Origin: Catajapyx aquilonaris
Lineage: Eukaryota
NCBI GenBank assembly: GCA_000934665.2
Contig: JYFJ02001286.1
Coordinates: forward strand, 1 to 64,000
Length of the DNA: 64,000 nt
Direction: 5' to 3'
Shown here: one piece after another, positions 41,601 to 56,600 of the stretch
Layout of the letters: each line of letters begins with the position of its first letter
How positions within the stretch are numbered: position 1 is the stretch's first letter
Made by a program: the position numbers and the translations under genes
Notes under the pieces: model-generated
Told to the model about the DNA's origin: nothing
Database searches by the model: none
What the model saw: the letters and a program-made list of their open reading frames with translations, nothing else

Positions 41601-44600
41601 CCCTGCGGAATGTAGCCCCTGGAAACATAACATCGCAGCCTTCATCTCAATTTTGCCGGGTTTTATAGCTACACACCCTGGGAATGGGAGAAGGGGAGGA
41701 AAAAATAACATCCCAGAAAACCGGGGTCCTTCAGAATAACGCCGGAAACTCGATTACTAGCGACGACATATTACACCAAGTATCATGTAATGCGCTTAAG
41801 TAAAGTAACTGCATTAAGGGAAGGGGGCATGTCATAATGGGACAGCTGCGTTGCCAATTTGGCGCGTGCCACCAGGAGCTAATTCCCCAAACAGGTCACG
41901 TCGGTGACAGGGCAAACGACCTCCCCAAGATGTTTCCATCCGCCTCAGCTTTTGCTGGGTGATGTACTGACTACTTCCAGAAATAAACGAGGGCCAGTTT
42001 TTGACTTATGTCTCCAATGCGATGCCGTACACGTGTAAACGACCATTAACCAAATTTAATAACGCTTTCCCTATACACCTCAAAGTTGCTTCCAAGGAGC
42101 GTCTCCTGGCCGAGTGTATCTCATGGATTTGGCGACACTCGGAATTAGTGGCGGAGGGGAGGAGTAATTGGGCTTCATTATGAAAGAAGGCTCGGCTTTA
42201 TCGCCCAAGACGTGTTACTGGTTCTGGGAAGGGGGGGGGGGATAGGAATATTATCAGGATGCTGGGACGGCAATGGATCGGAGAGCTTCTCTTGACGCAG
42301 GGAAAACCCGTGGGGCAGGAGCGAGCTGAGAAAGTAATTTGCCTAATTAGACATTTGAGGCTGGCGAAACACACTCCTCCTGGCACTAACCGCAAGTTGT
42401 CCGTCCATCTGTAGAAAAGCTGGATTTCCTCCCACAAACCTGACCCCCTCTGCACATATACTGTCCTCAAAAGTGAATTGATTACAGTGTCAGCCGACCG
42501 CAATGATAATCAATTATATCGGTTCTAATAAACAGGCAAGTATGGTACTAATGCCGGCCAAACACGGAGCACACTCATTGCTTTGAAATAAAACCTGATT
42601 TAATTAACTGGGACAGGATGATCGATCACTGTCATCGGGCCCTGTGCGCGAATACTATGCCAAAGATCACGCTAGGCCGCATTTATCATGTGACGTGCCA
42701 TGAGACGAACCGAGAGAAACGCGGCAAAGCGCCGTTCCAACCCATGCCTTTTCCTCCGGACACTAATCAGCTCCGCTATTAAAAGTCCCCAGAGAAGCTG
42801 ACACGAATATATAATATCGATATCGCATATATATCGATTTTGTACACAAAAAACGACAACAGCAACTGGAAGGGGAAACCATCCATACTTGATACGCTTA
42901 ATATCCGCTCACCATTTATCACCAAAGAGTCTAGCCCTAGGCTATACTATTTCACCCCAACCCTCGTCGAAAAACGCATACCGACATTGCCCTCTCTTTT
43001 TTTGCTCTCAGCTCCCTCTTTTGCTGGCGTCACTAAAATGCCTCACGTTCTCGCCACTGGAAACACCCAAACTTTTAACTTCTTTTGGCGGACGCGGCCG
43101 ACTGTGGGAACCCGATGGATATGTCCATCTCTTCGCCTGGTTGCCTGCCTGTACCCAATTTGGGCTATTAAGCCCGTAATGGGGCTCCGGTGATACTTCC
43201 GGAGACCAGTCACACTCACTTTAGCCCCTGCTGATTGCCTTTGACCTGTCACATTTTTTTTCACCCCTAGTCTCTGGAGGTCGTCCCGAAAGACTGTAAT
43301 TATCTCGTTATTTTCATTAAGCACTATTTTTGTAATTGAAGCTTCCCCCCCTACCGTCCGGTAATATATCCGCAATTGTGAGATATCCAATTCTCTCCAG
43401 CCAGTGTGACCGACCCTTTCGTATTACGGGTTAGAGCAGGTCGTTATTTTCTCATTAGAAGCTGAGGGGTAAAAAAGTTTCAGCAAAGTCTTGATGCTAA
43501 TCTGCCATGGGGGTTGATCGATTGCATATTAAGTAGCGAGGAAAACGCCTCTAAGTGTACGGTTGTTGGCACAAAATCCGACTTATCGCGATCCCATCTT
43601 TTGCATGTTTCGCGGTGCTGAAGCTGAGTCAGTGTGTGCACCTCCTTTTTCCGAGAAAACTTGTGGGGAGGAAACACTTCTAGGGATTATAATCGTCCTT
43701 ATCGCACACTCCCTAGCCAGGTTCCTATAAAACAGATTTATCTCGTACTCTTTCCCTCCATTTTCTCTCTAAACATCCTCCATTTGAAAGTAGACAAAAC
43801 CGGGACTATTTGGCGTCGGACTCGCCCTTCCCAAACACAACACTGCCCATAAGTTGTCTCCATGTTAATAGGGGGGACCGAGTAGTGCCATAAGGAAAAA
43901 GACACCGTAGCTTTTTAGGGGTGTTTATATCGAGCTAGCAGACCACCCATTTTGATTTCCCTGCCGCTTGTAATAGCCTAATGCAGTTCCGAAACGGAGA
44001 GCATTGCACTCTCAAGGGTTCACTTAAACGGTTTATAATACGGCCGCGGGTTATTGTTTACCATTTCCGCGGGGAGCATCAGGGTTTGAGAATCTCCCCT
44101 ACTGTTTCAAAATAGTCATAACGTGGAAAGTTTGCATAACCCCAGGGCGATTGGATTGCAATTTATGCTGGTGCCTATCGAATTTAAATATATCCCGACC
44201 ATGTGAATTGGCCTCAACACGTCCTAATGCATACAGGGCCTGATTAAGTTAATATAGGATTTATGCGGGGGTGGATTAACGTTAAATCAACAGTTAGGCC
44301 GGCTGCACTCAATGAGTTGAAGTCACGCATCATTTGGCCAACTCCATTTGGGCTACATTCACCCATTCGGAGGGCGATATTTTATTCACAATGTGTGGTT
44401 GTGCTTACTCAATCGCGTTGGAGCCAGTGAATGAGCGGATATAAACTCTCAAATTAGCAGTTAGTCCGACTCTCCTCGATTGAGTGATTTTTCATTCGGC
44501 CATTCCGTATCCCAGATTTCCAAGTCGGATGGTTCTGGCTTTATACGATGCACTGAGATGGGCCTGAACAAGTTTCAGAGTAAAATGTTACAATAAGTAA

Positions 44601-47600
44601 TACTGTATATCGTATTTATACCACTGAAAAAGAAAAACACAGTTTCCAGATAATCTTAGGCAAAGAGTTGACCTTTCACTTGTTTACATGCTAGTGATGA
44701 CAGGAAATCATGGCTGTCTGGCTCATTACGAATCTTTAGGAATATATGGACTTTACAAGGCGATAGGGAGATAAAATCACTGGTGTAAATAACTTACAGC
44801 GTTCCATTTGTATGCCTACAATATTTGGCCCAATTTGAGTGGTGTAAACTCGTGAGTTCTTTGAAGTGATTTTCTCACGACTCAAGTTATTGGTGAATAG
44901 TGCTCGTTCGCGAGTTAATTTGACTCCATTTTTGCCAAAAATTGCTCAGGCTGAGTAGGATTTTTAAAGCTACTGGACTGACTGTGAGGGGAATACTGTG
45001 AGAAATATACCGAGCTTGATGTTACCGAAACTGGCCGACCAAACATTAGTATGAACCCAGCTGGACCAAAAATCCATCCCCTTAACGGATGGTCGCGGAA
45101 CCACCTGGAGAAGCATAAACATAGTTCTTTTCCCTCCCCTTTGCCTATTCCCCCCCCTTCTCTAAGAAGCAGTGTATTTTAGGTTCTAGCAAGGGAAGGA
45201 AGGGGATGAAATATATGTGACTGCATCTCCTCTTCCCTTCCTCGCCATCCATGCCTGCCAGAGGGCATGACGGAGCTCGCCTTTTAACACATGGCTTTGT
45301 AATTTTCTGCTTATGATAATGATGACTTCGCTTGGGTTGAGAGTTTCCATCCTGTGCGTAAGGGTGTCGAGAGGCGTCGGCTCTTCTTCAGGACTCAAGG
45401 GATGCCGACAGAAACCCGAGAATTAACTGGAGGGATACGTAAAATTGTTCAGAGACATTTACCAATACAGGGTGAAACAAAAAAAGGCCCACCATTGGTC
45501 TCGCATGTTGACACGATAAATCAACATGGAGCAGGAAGAGGCTCGCCCTGAGACAGCGCTTTTCATCGTGTGTGGGTGGCGGTAAATACAAGCTAGTCAC
45601 TTATTCAGTTATGAGGAATGCTAGTTTTCGCAGGGAACGATGGGAAAATAATTACCAACTGATGGTGTCAACAGAATTACGAGGTCTCACTGGAGGTCCT
45701 ACTCTTCTTCATGTCTGGTGGATAATCGGGCATGCGAATCGCCTCACTTGCTGGTTTTAATCATAGGTCCACACGATTATGAACATGTTTCGCGAGACGT
45801 AATAAGGAGAATTTCCCGCGCCAAAGCCGGTTTAAGAACAGCAATAATCATGAGAATGATCAGTAGGGATCCGCCTCTTTTCCCCCCCATTTGAGGACCA
45901 CACTACCGGAAGAAATACACGCGAGGCTTCCACTAAGAAATTCAATGTGAGCTGGAGGCAGCTGAAGAAGACGATGGTAAAAAAAAGGAAGAAGGGGGAG
46001 CCTTACGACACTTCCAAATGAATTTCCACGAGGCCGTCGAGATGAACTCTCAAATTAATCTGATTATCAGCACGGCCAACTGGTTCCTCTGCTTTTCCAA
46101 TTTGCTCCAGCATACTTTTTTTTTCTACTTCTTCTCCTCACATCTCCCACGAGTGGTCCTCGTGTAAACGGTTTTCGGCTTCTGGCCTACTACATTATAT
46201 GAAAGAGGGGGCCTCGAGAATCCCAAATCCTCCAGTTTTTATCCTAGGAGTAGGGGGGGCCCCTCCATATAATCCCTACCCATTAATATGGTGTCGAAGC
46301 TGCGGCTTGGCTGCCTGGATCCCACCTTGCTATATATAGAGGATGTGATGAAAAGCGGTTCGTTACGCCCCAAAAATGAAACGTCATGCAGCGTAAGGTC
46401 TTTTCTGCAGAAAGGGAGACCTGACAAAAGGACGGGAGTCCCAGGCTACATCTCATTTGGCTTTCCACGCGTCACTTTGCAATGGCTATATGTTCATCGG
46501 AAGGTGCAATTACGGCTGGATTGTAGTCCAAATTACAGGGCGCCACGCTATATTTCAGATGATGTCGGCCGGGGATATGATTCACAGAGCCGAACTTGTT
46601 TGGTACATACGTAATGCTTATTTTGCTGGTTTGGTACACTGGAATGCGATATTTTTATTGCGGATGGTTGACTTCTTCATCAATCTGATGATGAATGTAC
46701 AAACCTACAATCAAGGTTGGGGTAGAATAAAAATAACTTTGGCTATTTGAGACCTGCATTCTAAACTGAAGGACGTTATTTGCAACGGTTATCAATCACT
46801 AACGAAATTCATGCAGGCCCCAAGTGCCTAAGTTCAAGATAATATAGAATATCATTAATCAGTTGATTAAAATTTAATTATTCATGGAATAGGCATCATA
46901 AAGACCACTTATTGTTCGGGAAGCCCTTCCAGGCCTGTATCAGAAACTAGTTATGGCTGAAAAAAAAATTAACCTGGACCACCAACAGCAAATAAAGCCG
47001 ATAGCCATTCAAAACGAAACAGTTCGGTTCTTGTGTCCAGCACGCACAGGACATTTCACACAACGGCTTAACGGTATTCCCATTTTTTTATACGCCTGAA
47101 TTGGGGAAAAAAACCAGCACATGTCTTGACTCGAGCCTCATTCTGCTGCGAGTCGATGGGCTTCCGCTATTAATCACTTACACCTGTTATGCCAAACAGC
47201 TGCTCAGTCATGCAATGTTCCCTCCCATCTTTCACACCTGTACCATCCCCCATACATGTGTGAGTGTGTGACCGTATCCTCCCCCACACATCCATGACCA
47301 AATAGGATATCCTAATGGGATAGCGAAGGCCAGGCCTAAAAGGGAGACAAAAACCAGGAACTAAGACAATCACGAGTGGCGGTCCTGTTTTGAAAAGAAA
47401 TCATTAGGCACCCAGGGCGATAAACTGTGGGCTCCCATGATAAAATAGAGACCGCTTCGGGGGCTCACTCACTCGGGACGTCGCTAACTAAGCAGAATTT
47501 GTGCGCTGATTACGCTCTGATTCCCGTGTAATTAAGCTAATCTCCTGGATGGAGATGAGTGTAGTGAAGGACCGACGGATAACATTTTTTTTTTGAAGGG

Positions 47601-50600
47601 CGAGCGAAAAAAACAAGTTGGAATAATTAGAAGCTCAAAAGTGCAGATACTACACCACCCGCAGGAGGTTTGGAATGAAAAACATGGCACTGTAAGGGAC
47701 AAACAAGTTTTGAATGAGCGCATCTGTGCCGATTCTTAAAAAACAACCTTTAATTAAATTATATACCGGACATTTTTCTACATGCGCATCTGTTCTGCGC
47801 ATGTTCCCACCACATGACCAAGCAGCGCCATCGACCGGGAAAAATCTGGTTGGAAACAGAGGGTAAATAATAGCAGAGCTTAATTACAATCAGCTAATGA
47901 ACTGGCGCCTATGTGGGTATTTTTTTCCCCCTCATCCGAACCGGTCTTTTTCCCTCCCCTGATAATGCCCGTCGAGTTTCCACTTCGTTCTCTTCTTCGG
48001 CAACAATCCAAATCTCACCAGATGATAAAAGCGCCCCCCTTTCCTCCTATGTGGTGGGCTTCGACTAAGCTCCCCCCACGTCTACCAAATTAGTGCGCTG
48101 GATTTGCCTCTTTAAAACCTGGAATAGGATTTCGTCTTTCCATTCGTTGAGTTTCATGCCCGAGAGAAGAGGATTATGGCTTGGACTATGCACGTGTACA
48201 TTGTAGCCCAACGCCAGGGTATAAAGCTTGCCATTTACAAAATGGCACAGACAATTCACCGTGTCCGTCGTTAACTACGCACATTCACACGCGCTTGATC
48301 AAAGCGATTTTCCCCCCCTCGTTTTTTGGGACCAAATTTTGAAATGGGTTTTAGTTTTCCACCCTCTCTTGCAGTTTCCCTCGTTTGCAAAATGATAAAA
48401 CAAGGGTCCCTTTTCAGAAGGCCAATAAAAGCATGTAGACTCTCCGGAAACTTTGATGCGTTTCTTTCAGATCAATACGCTCTCTGGAAGGGAGGGATGA
48501 AGAGCCAAATGAGAACCAGAGGAAATATATTAGAGGAGGGGTGGTTTGGAGGGTATCAAAAAGCTGTGCACGGGCGTATCCAGAAATGTGCAAAAGGCCT
48601 GGATTACACGTATTCAGTTGGGGCATTCCGCACCCATATCCCACGCTGAGGTCTCCACCCAACACTCCACCCTTTCCTGCTAGGCAAATGACCAGGGAGT
48701 TTTCTCTAGGAAAATTGCAATAAGGCTGAAAATTGTTAGGAATGTGACATTTTATGTGAAAATTTGACTGACTGGTAACGTTTCTTTCGGGCCATTCGTA
48801 CTTCCATATGTTTCATCAGAGGCAGTTGTGTGAACCCATCCGCCGACAGTTAGAAAAATCTCAGCGACAATTGATCCTTAGCTAAAGCGGCCAAGGGCAG
48901 ACCTCTGAATGGCAAAATGGACGCGAAGGAACGTCAGAGTGTACATGGACCTAAAAAAGGACCGACCGCCACTTTTAGCTTCACGGTACAAATTGCATTA
49001 CATGCCGGTTCCCAGGCTGCAAGAGGGGGATTTGATTAAGGTAATTGTTGACAATTTTGACAAGGCACAAAGGAGAGTTTTTCCACCCAGGATTTGCAGG
49101 TATGTTCCAGAGCTTGGCTCTTCAAACCAAAGCCTATAATGCAGTGCATGTTGTTTGTAGACCTGAGCACGAATTTTCCATAATCCTCCCCAATCCTCTA
49201 GAGAGGATTCATCAACTATAATAACTCCCACAAGTGAGTGTAACTTTTTTTTTGTTATTTTTTAAAACACGCCTCCCGATTTTTCACCGTTGAAACTTAC
49301 TGCCGGTGCTACTAGTTTAGTGCGAATACTGCAAATCCCCGTGCTAATTACTGCCCCCTCCAAAAGATGGGAACCATTATCCAATAACTGCACACGTTTC
49401 CCCGGTACTTGAAGCCGCACGAGGCGTGGGAGGGAGGGAGGGGGGGGGGAGGGGACCGCCATTATCGAAGGATAATTTATCTCTGAAATTGCTAAATTAG
49501 TTCGGCATGGAAGTCATGTTTGACACTTGCTGGTGGGTATAATATATTAGGTAGAGTCGCGTGCACCTGGCTTCCTGTTTCCGAAATAAACATGTGTTGC
49601 ACTGCAACTTTTGCTGCGGCTAAAAGTCTCTGCGTTGCTTATGCACTTGACAAACTGGGTACCCCCTAAAAAAGTACGTACATTCCCGGCCATTTTCCTC
49701 CCCCACTTGGGTAATTTACGGCACCCCCTCCCCCCTTTAGACATGCCGACACAGACATATGCACCATTGCCGGTTTACTCAACCCAAATTACTCCGCGCG
49801 CGGCCGGCTACCAGTAGAATGTTATTAATAGTGGCCTTAATCCCATGCTAGCGCTGCGTAATGAGATTTAACGTCTGATTTATGTTGCATGCAGTCATGT
49901 TTATTGCCAAATGCACCAGCGGATTTTGTGTGTACCTGTCTTGGTCTCGCGTACAATATGGCTGGCCATTGTTGCGCATTCCATTGATTTGCGGTTTGGC
50001 CATTGTCCGCGCTGCAGGAAGAAGCCGGCGAATATATTGCATTAGTGGGGTGGGACGGGGGAGGATGGTTTTGGCTACAAGCCCCCTCCATTCCAATGCC
50101 CTGGGCTTTTAATACCATTATACCTACCGAGAGAGGGGGTTGAGGGGTTAAAAATCCTACTTTCCCCCCAAATACACATTATTACCAGGGGTTTTTAAAA
50201 TAATCTATTAAATAAGGGATCTCCGGTAGGGGGCTATACTAATCAATCTGGATGTGCTTTTCCAGCTTTGAAATTTTAATGATCATGTGTAATCAACTCT
50301 GTACATATGGTTCGGCCTTTTTTTGGCTCTCTCCAACACTGTGAATTTGCAAGTGTGGCCATTACCCAGACGACCAGGAAGAGTGCACTTGTTTCATTAA
50401 ATTGTGTGCTTTTCACTTTCATTAGTCAGGAATTGGCCAATTATGTGCACTCGAACGCTTGATTGGTCTCTATGAATAGAGCTGACAATTTCACTATGAA
50501 AGATGGCACGATAAATAATTTCTAACCCTGGAAAACCCGGGACGAAGGATCAACAGCCACCGCACTGCCACGCCATTATTGTAATTACTGCAGCAGAATA

Positions 50601-53600
50601 ATTGAGATAACTGCACCTACGCTTTGTTTAGCTAATAACTGCCCCCGCGAATAGGCACAAACGCTGCAATCCAACGTTCATTATCAATGGAAGCCACATT
50701 TCAATTAAGCTGCCAGATGTGTACAATTGTATTAACTATTCATGACGACATTGACCTCTAGTGGGTTGGACAGTCCTGGACACGTCATATTTGACAGAGT
50801 TGGGTAATATTCCATGCTGGCCATCTTGTGCCAACGCGCATCGAATAATAAACACTGCATTCATACCGATACACAAGAACGTTAACAGTGGATCATCAAA
50901 CGACGCCGACTAGTGCAGAAACATTTCAATCGTTTTTTGCGATACACGCCATCTGGTACAGGTCGCGGAGGAGGCAACGCTGCAGATGATCCCTTTGTTT
51001 GGAGCAGCGCACAAAAAGGACATTGGCTGACGTACACGGCCCAATTGACTCTACTTGAGACTGTCCATAAATTCGGTTTCATTGTTTCAGTGTCAGGAGC
51101 AGCTTAAAAAAACATAATCAGCGCGTAGGGTTGATTACCTGGTGGAAAACCCATCACCACCGCGATATGGCAGCATCCAGATTAAAAGAGAGAACATTTG
51201 CCGGTATAATGCGCCTCCATAACCGGCTGACTGGAACCAACCTAAACGCCCTCTTGGATCTCCTCAAGTGGCAGTTAGGAAACTCAAGTGGTCGCATCGT
51301 AGCATTGGGAACCGTCGCATGCCACACGTTGTTAAGCTATCTCGTTTCCCTCAATCATTAATGCGCGTTAATATCTGCGTTTTGGGGACCGGGCCATTTC
51401 GCTGGACTTATCAAAGTTCTAATTCCAGGCAGTATAACGCAGTATAACGCCGAATGTTGCGGAGTGCCATGTATCTCGTTTTCATTGACTGGGAGACCAC
51501 TAAAGAGTGCTTATTTACCTTTGCAGTGTTGCGAGAGGACTTCCGGGTGGAGCCGAAGAACACACGGGTGGCGCAGGGAGAGACAGCTCTTCTAGAATGT
51601 GATCCTCCCAAAGGACATCCAGAGCCGTCTGTTATGTGGAAAAAGAATGGACAATCGTTAGATCTCACTACTTCTAATAGGTAAGTTTCCAAGTAGAATG
51701 CTGGGGTGAATGTTCAGTAAACTCTGAGGTGCCAATCATTCGATAGGACTTGGTACGTGCCTATGATGCGTTATCCGTCCAAATATGCTAAATATGGCAT
51801 CGAGACCTTTTGCTATACATGGCACGTTCACATTGGGTAGCGTACAGTGCATTCGGCCATAAATTGAAATATTGTACGCCTTATCCATCATAATCCAATA
51901 TCCTGCAGTCTAACATATCTCATACCAATACACTAGTGGACTAGTCTATCAACACACGTGGTTACAAAGTGTCGCATTTTGCCATTCTTCGCAGGGTTCG
52001 AATTGTGGATGGTGGAAATCTCGTCATGAATGATGTTCGGCAAAGTGACGAAGGAAAGTACCAGTGCACAGCCCAGAACATGGTTGGAACTAGAGAGACT
52101 CACCCGGCGATACTGACCGTGCATGGTAAGCTCATTTCAGTTGCACAATATTTTGTGGTTGTTTGAATTTCGCGGCAACTCTTAATTGTCTTGTGCTGAC
52201 TTCTGACGCCAGCAGTCGGAAGTACTTGCTGACAGGAATAACCAATCGATGCAAAATGCTCCTAATTCGAACATTCTACCTTTGAAGGGCATTCTGTGTA
52301 GCTGTCTGATCTGATTACAGTGAAACCCCACTTTCTGACGGAGCCAAAGGACGCCACTGTTCTGGCCAGCGAGAACGTGGAGTTCCAGTGCCGCGTTGGG
52401 GGCGATCCGCTTCCCAACATCCTCTGGAGACGTCAGGATGGCGGCATGCCCATCGGACGAGCCCAGATCACGGATGAGAAGAGTCTCAAGATAGAAAACA
52501 TTCAGCCTAGCGATGAAGGGCTGTATATCTGCGAGGCGGAAAATGTGGTCGGCACCATATCTGCCAGTGCTTCCCTCACAGTGCATTGTAAGTGCTGTAG
52601 GGGTTGGTGGGAGGTAGGGCCACACCCGCCAATTAGGGAAATGCCCAAATTGTTGTTGTGATTTCCGATCAGCTTGTTGTGCTTCTAAACATCCGTGTGT
52701 AACCTATGGGGTTCAGGGGGAATAGCGCAGATATTAACGGTCGGGAAAATTAGCACGGGCTTTCACAACATTAGTGCAGAGGCATGCATGAATTAAACAT
52801 CAAAAAAAGCATCCAGTGGAAATTGTGCTGTACGAGTCGGAAGCCTCAGAGCTCCACATAATATGCATATGTATGGCGCCCCTCGACCTCGCCTGCGTTA
52901 CTTAGTTTTTAGCGCAAACATTGAAAACAGTTCAAAAAATTTCGCCCGTTTCCATTTGTAAACACAAAAGTGTTATCTGGCCCATTAACTTTTGCAAAGA
53001 CTAGTAATGCAGCAATTCACCATATATCCTGACTGCATTTGTTTCCCTGTTTGAAATGCATATTAGTGCAATTCTCCTCATTTTGAAAGTAAAATGAGCT
53101 GTAAAACATGCACGGCGGATCAGAATTTCATGCTTTTTCAGCTGCTGTGTAAATGTTGCTTTGGCAAAAGGCTAGCTAATTCGGCGCATGATGTGAACTA
53201 ATCAACCACGATTGCATTGGTCAAAGCCATCGAAGAACAGAATACGCCGAAATAATAATAACAAATGAAAATTCAAAATTTAATAATAAAATAATGACAA
53301 CAACAATATCAGTAAAAAGTGATTATAGGGCTATTAATATCCACGTACTGGTGGATGTGTGGATGACTTGTACATAAAGCTGCTACTGCAGTGATCAAAC
53401 TGAACCCATCTGTGGACATGTTCTGTTGTTTAAACAAAGGATTTTTTTTTTTTTTTTTTGCAACATCCCCTTCTGCAGTGATCTTATATACATTCTCCTT
53501 GTTCCAGCTCGTCCCACTTTTGAAGTGAAGCCCACAGACCAAAAAGTGGGTCTCAATGGCATCGCTGTGTTTGAGTGTGTAGCCACGGGAAACCCGACTC

Positions 53601-56600
53601 CGTCCACTTTCTGGACCAAGGAAGGAAGTCAAGTCCTCATGTTCCCAGGCACTACCCATGGCCGCCTTTTTGTCACTGTGGAGGGGACACTCAAGATCCA
53701 GGGAGTTCAGAAGGAGGACTCAGGCTTTTATGTGTGCTCAGCACTAAGCGTTGCAGGGTCAACCATCACCAAAGCATACCTGCAGGTCACCTCTCTTGGC
53801 GATCTACCACCACCAATCATACAGATTGGACCAGCCAATCAGACCCTTCCACTCAAGTCTGTAGCAATGCTGCCATGCCAAGCAGCAGGGAATCCAGTGC
53901 CAACAATCAAGTGGTTCAGAAATGGAGCCAACTTGCCTAACAATGACCCACGCATCACAGTGTTGGACACAGGCACTTTGCAAATTGATGGTTAGTTGCA
54001 CGGTTTACATTTATTTTACAATGAATAAAATTTGTAAGCACATAAGGACCCCCTTAGTAAAATTAGGATGTTTGTATGCATGAATATCATTCAATTTGAA
54101 CTCTTTCATTTCAAGTGGTTTAAAACATTTCTGCTTCATAATCCAAGAAATATTTGATAACCACAGCATATTTCCCAAGTTTGCAGTTTTTAAAATATTA
54201 TTAAGCAATTTGTTTTTTGAGAGTTACACTATTGTAACAACATACCTGTACGTGTATAAATTCCATGCTATATGACATTAATCAGTGAAACATACTGTAT
54301 CTTAACAACAACATCTCCATATTCCCTTTACCAATGTATAGTGTACAGGACCCTCACTTTATGAATTGTTTGTAACACCCCATTACTAATTTCAGACTTG
54401 CACACGTCTGACTCGGGCCATTACACTTGCACTGCCTCATCTGAAAGCGGAGAGACATCTTGGTCAGCCGCCTTGACAGTGGAGAACCCGACAAATCCCA
54501 ACATAATCTTCCACCGAACACCTGATCTCTCCACCTGCCCTGGACCACCTTCTCAACCACAAATTCTTAATGTGACTGAAACAAGTATAACAATCAGCTG
54601 GAAAAGGAGTGGGAGGATAGGAGTCTCCCCTTTGATTGGCTACACAGTTGAATATTTCAGTAGCGACCTCCAGAGTGGTTGGGTCCTGTCAGGTCACAGA
54701 ATTCCTCAGGAAATGTGCACAGTCCGAGACCTGAAGCCTGACTCCTCCTATGTGTTCCTAGTGAGGGCTGAGAACTCTCATGGGTTGTCACTTCCAAGCC
54801 CTGTTTCGGAGATGGGAAGGACACTGGGTTCTGATCGGAATGTGCCCGACTATGATTTGGGAGAGGCTAGGAATCGACTGAGTACAAATGTGCTTGAGCT
54901 GAAGGAAGTGCTGGCCATTAGCTCCACTGCAGTCAAGATCATATGGGAGGTATGTCTGATATAATTATGCATTACAAGGGAGGAACTACTGGTATTTTAC
55001 CAGAAAAATTATTTGTCTCCTCAGTATGTATAAAATAAATACTTAATGATGCGTAAATGCCTGGAAGTTACTGGGCAGTCCCCAATATTACTGGTATATA
55101 CCAGTACCACATACCAGTACAGTACAACGTCGAGCGGGCAGCCACGTGTCAGGATGAAAGGAACCAGTTAACTGGTTCCTTTCATCCTGACGCGTGGCTG
55201 CCCGCTCGACGCGACGGGACAATTCTTTTTGAACTGTTGATACCTTTCAAGTATAATGCACCTCATCCTCATGCGTCTGGGTCTGTGAAAAGCAGAACAC
55301 CAAGTTCCTACTCTGAGTGATTTTGAAGGTAGCAGACGTCATGTTGTTGCTTAATAACAATTAAGCAATTGTATTGATCACACCTTTAAAATGGTTTTTA
55401 TCTGACCAAGTATCCGATGCATCATTGCAGGTCACAGGAGAACTTGAAATGAGAAATTGTTGTCTTGAATGACGTTTTCTTGTGATGATTATACTTGTAT
55501 GATATTAATTTTTTAATGCATCAGGGTTTGTGCAAATTTGGTGTCAATTGAGGTGACTACATATTTGAAGTGACTGGTAGATCCTTCAGAGAAGTAATGC
55601 CACAAGTTGCGAGTTGGCAGTTTTGCCAAGAGATGGCGCGATGAGGGGGTGTTAGTATGCTCCCCTGGGGGAGGCTAAAAGTTGAGTATGCAGTTGTGAG
55701 ATGGCCTCAGCAGAGGCTATAGTGCATAAGAAATAGGCAGTTGGCAACCTAAGTTTGTTTGAATCACGAGTTTACGACCATGAGGTGACCTGTCTAGACA
55801 TTCTAAGCTTTAGGCAATGAGTCCTAGCTAGTTGACACTGACTGATTTTACAAAAACTACAGCAGAATAATTTTTGTGTCATATTTATAATTGTTGTTGC
55901 AAGTTAGTTTGGCAATAAAAGGAGGGTTCCACCAATAATGCACATACCTCGTATAAAATGCTGAGCAGTATTTGTGGGACAAAATTAGTTATTGACATAT
56001 TATAATGCCTAGAATATTGAACAATTTTCTCTTCTCAGGTGCTGACTTCTAACAAATATGTGGAAGGATTCTATGTACGCTACCGGGACATGTCTGGTGG
56101 GTCCCAGAAGTACAACATGGTTACAGTATTGAATGCCGGTGCCGTCAGTTATGTGATCACCAACCTCAGGAAATTCACAAAGTATGAATTCTTCCTGGTG
56201 CCCTTCTACAAGACTGTAGAAGGCCAACCGTCCAATTCCAAAATTGTACAAACTTTGGAAGATGGTAAGAAATTATTTTTTTAAACCATTTTGATGTAAA
56301 ATGTTATGATGTTTAATGAGAAAATGTATTCTTCCAGTACCTTCCTCCCCTCCTGACAACGTCCAAATTGGAATGCTAAATGCGACATCAGCTTTCGTAA
56401 AGTGGTCTCCACCTCTGCCTCAACATCACAATGGTATTCTGCAAGGATACAAGGTATGCCTTTCGAAATATTGCTCAATTTTTGGCCCAATATTATAGAA
56501 TGATCATGTTCTGCGAAATTTTGTGGCTCTTCAAAAAGCAATCTTTTCCATCTGATGTTTCAAGTGAGGATTGTTTTCACCTAGGAAAAAAATTTGAAGG

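Larger units (their letters stand above)
17694..51526 (+). other. giant intron (33,833 bp) between the Ig1 and Ig2 exons
   Basis: gtgagt...ttgcag. The junction gives LEVA-V-LREDF, the normal Robo Ig1/Ig2 linker. Confidence 0.9.

Noticed and set aside
52182..52625. 147-aa antisense ORF over the Ig3 exon (similar ones at 17457-17843 and 53309-53659)
   Set aside because: These are shadow ORFs of robo coding exons with no independent support.
53471..53507. Upstream acceptor ttctgcag| before the Ig4 exon
   Set aside because: It is 29 nt from the real site and would shift the frame.
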